Of a stretch of DNA of 32,000 nt, positions 31,904 to 32,000 are shown piece after piece; positions within the stretch are counted from its first letter, which is position 1, and each line of letters opens with the position of its first letter. The DNA is from Cyanobium usitatum str. Tous (lineage in GTDB: Bacteria > Cyanobacteriota > Cyanobacteriia > PCC-6307 > Cyanobiaceae): assembly GCF_963920485.1 (NCBI RefSeq), contig NZ_OY986431.1, positions 2,315,351 to 2,347,350 on the forward strand, written 5' to 3'. Under the pieces are notes generated by a model, which worked only from the letters and a program-made list of their open reading frames with translations, had not been told where the DNA came from and did no database searches. Made by a program: the position numbers and the translations under genes.

Positions 31904-32000
31904 TCAGATTTGCTTGAGGTCTTCCTGCACTTGGGTGGGCAACACCTGGGCATAGAGACCAAAACCGCTCGCCACCTTGATGTAACCCTTACGCAGCTTG
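31904..32000 (-). CDS. 3' end of an unidentified gene running off the window edge
   Basis: Hand translation of the minus strand gives ...KLRKGYIKVASGFGLYAQVLPTQVQEDLKQI, ending at TGA (31906..31904). The frame is open to the window edge and third-position G+C is ~22/31. Product not recognised. Confidence 0.4.
   Translation of the reverse strand, partial: KLRKGYIKVASGFGLYAQVLPTQVQEDLKQI

Overview
This is a high-GC chromosomal core region whose genes and gene order match marine and freshwater picocyanobacteria (Synechococcus/Cyanobium-type); that assignment is an inference from recalled motifs and synteny, with no database search. Nearly the whole window is tightly packed housekeeping genes. 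In order they are a TPR protein, a GyrA-like topoisomerase subunit, purF, purL, a PRC-barrel-like protein and dnaN. Then comes a 442-bp non-coding gap, followed by thrC, a DUF1400-like protein, an ABC1 kinase, recN and uvrA. A ~1.15-kb low-GC islet follows, then an LCP-family protein, purT, mraY, argG, rpsF, a Tic20-like protein, aroE, dnaK, pstS and a ThiO-like oxidase. The dnaN-thrC gap (9411-9852) is the best candidate for the chromosomal replication origin. It holds the most AT-rich stretch I found in the window, a cluster of degenerate DnaA-box-like motifs and an iteron-like repeat array. I found no CRISPR array, transposase, integrase, phage genes, tRNA/rRNA genes or recognisable defence system, and I cannot support a claim of a novel multi-gene system here. 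The least explained items are the origin-region repeats, the low-GC islet (18407-19571) with two orphan-like genes, several small uncharacterised ORFs (one below the ORF-track length cut-off), and a ThiO-like gene whose FAD-binding motif lies upstream of any canonical start codon. Long ORFs antisense to the real genes are treated as high-GC artefacts.
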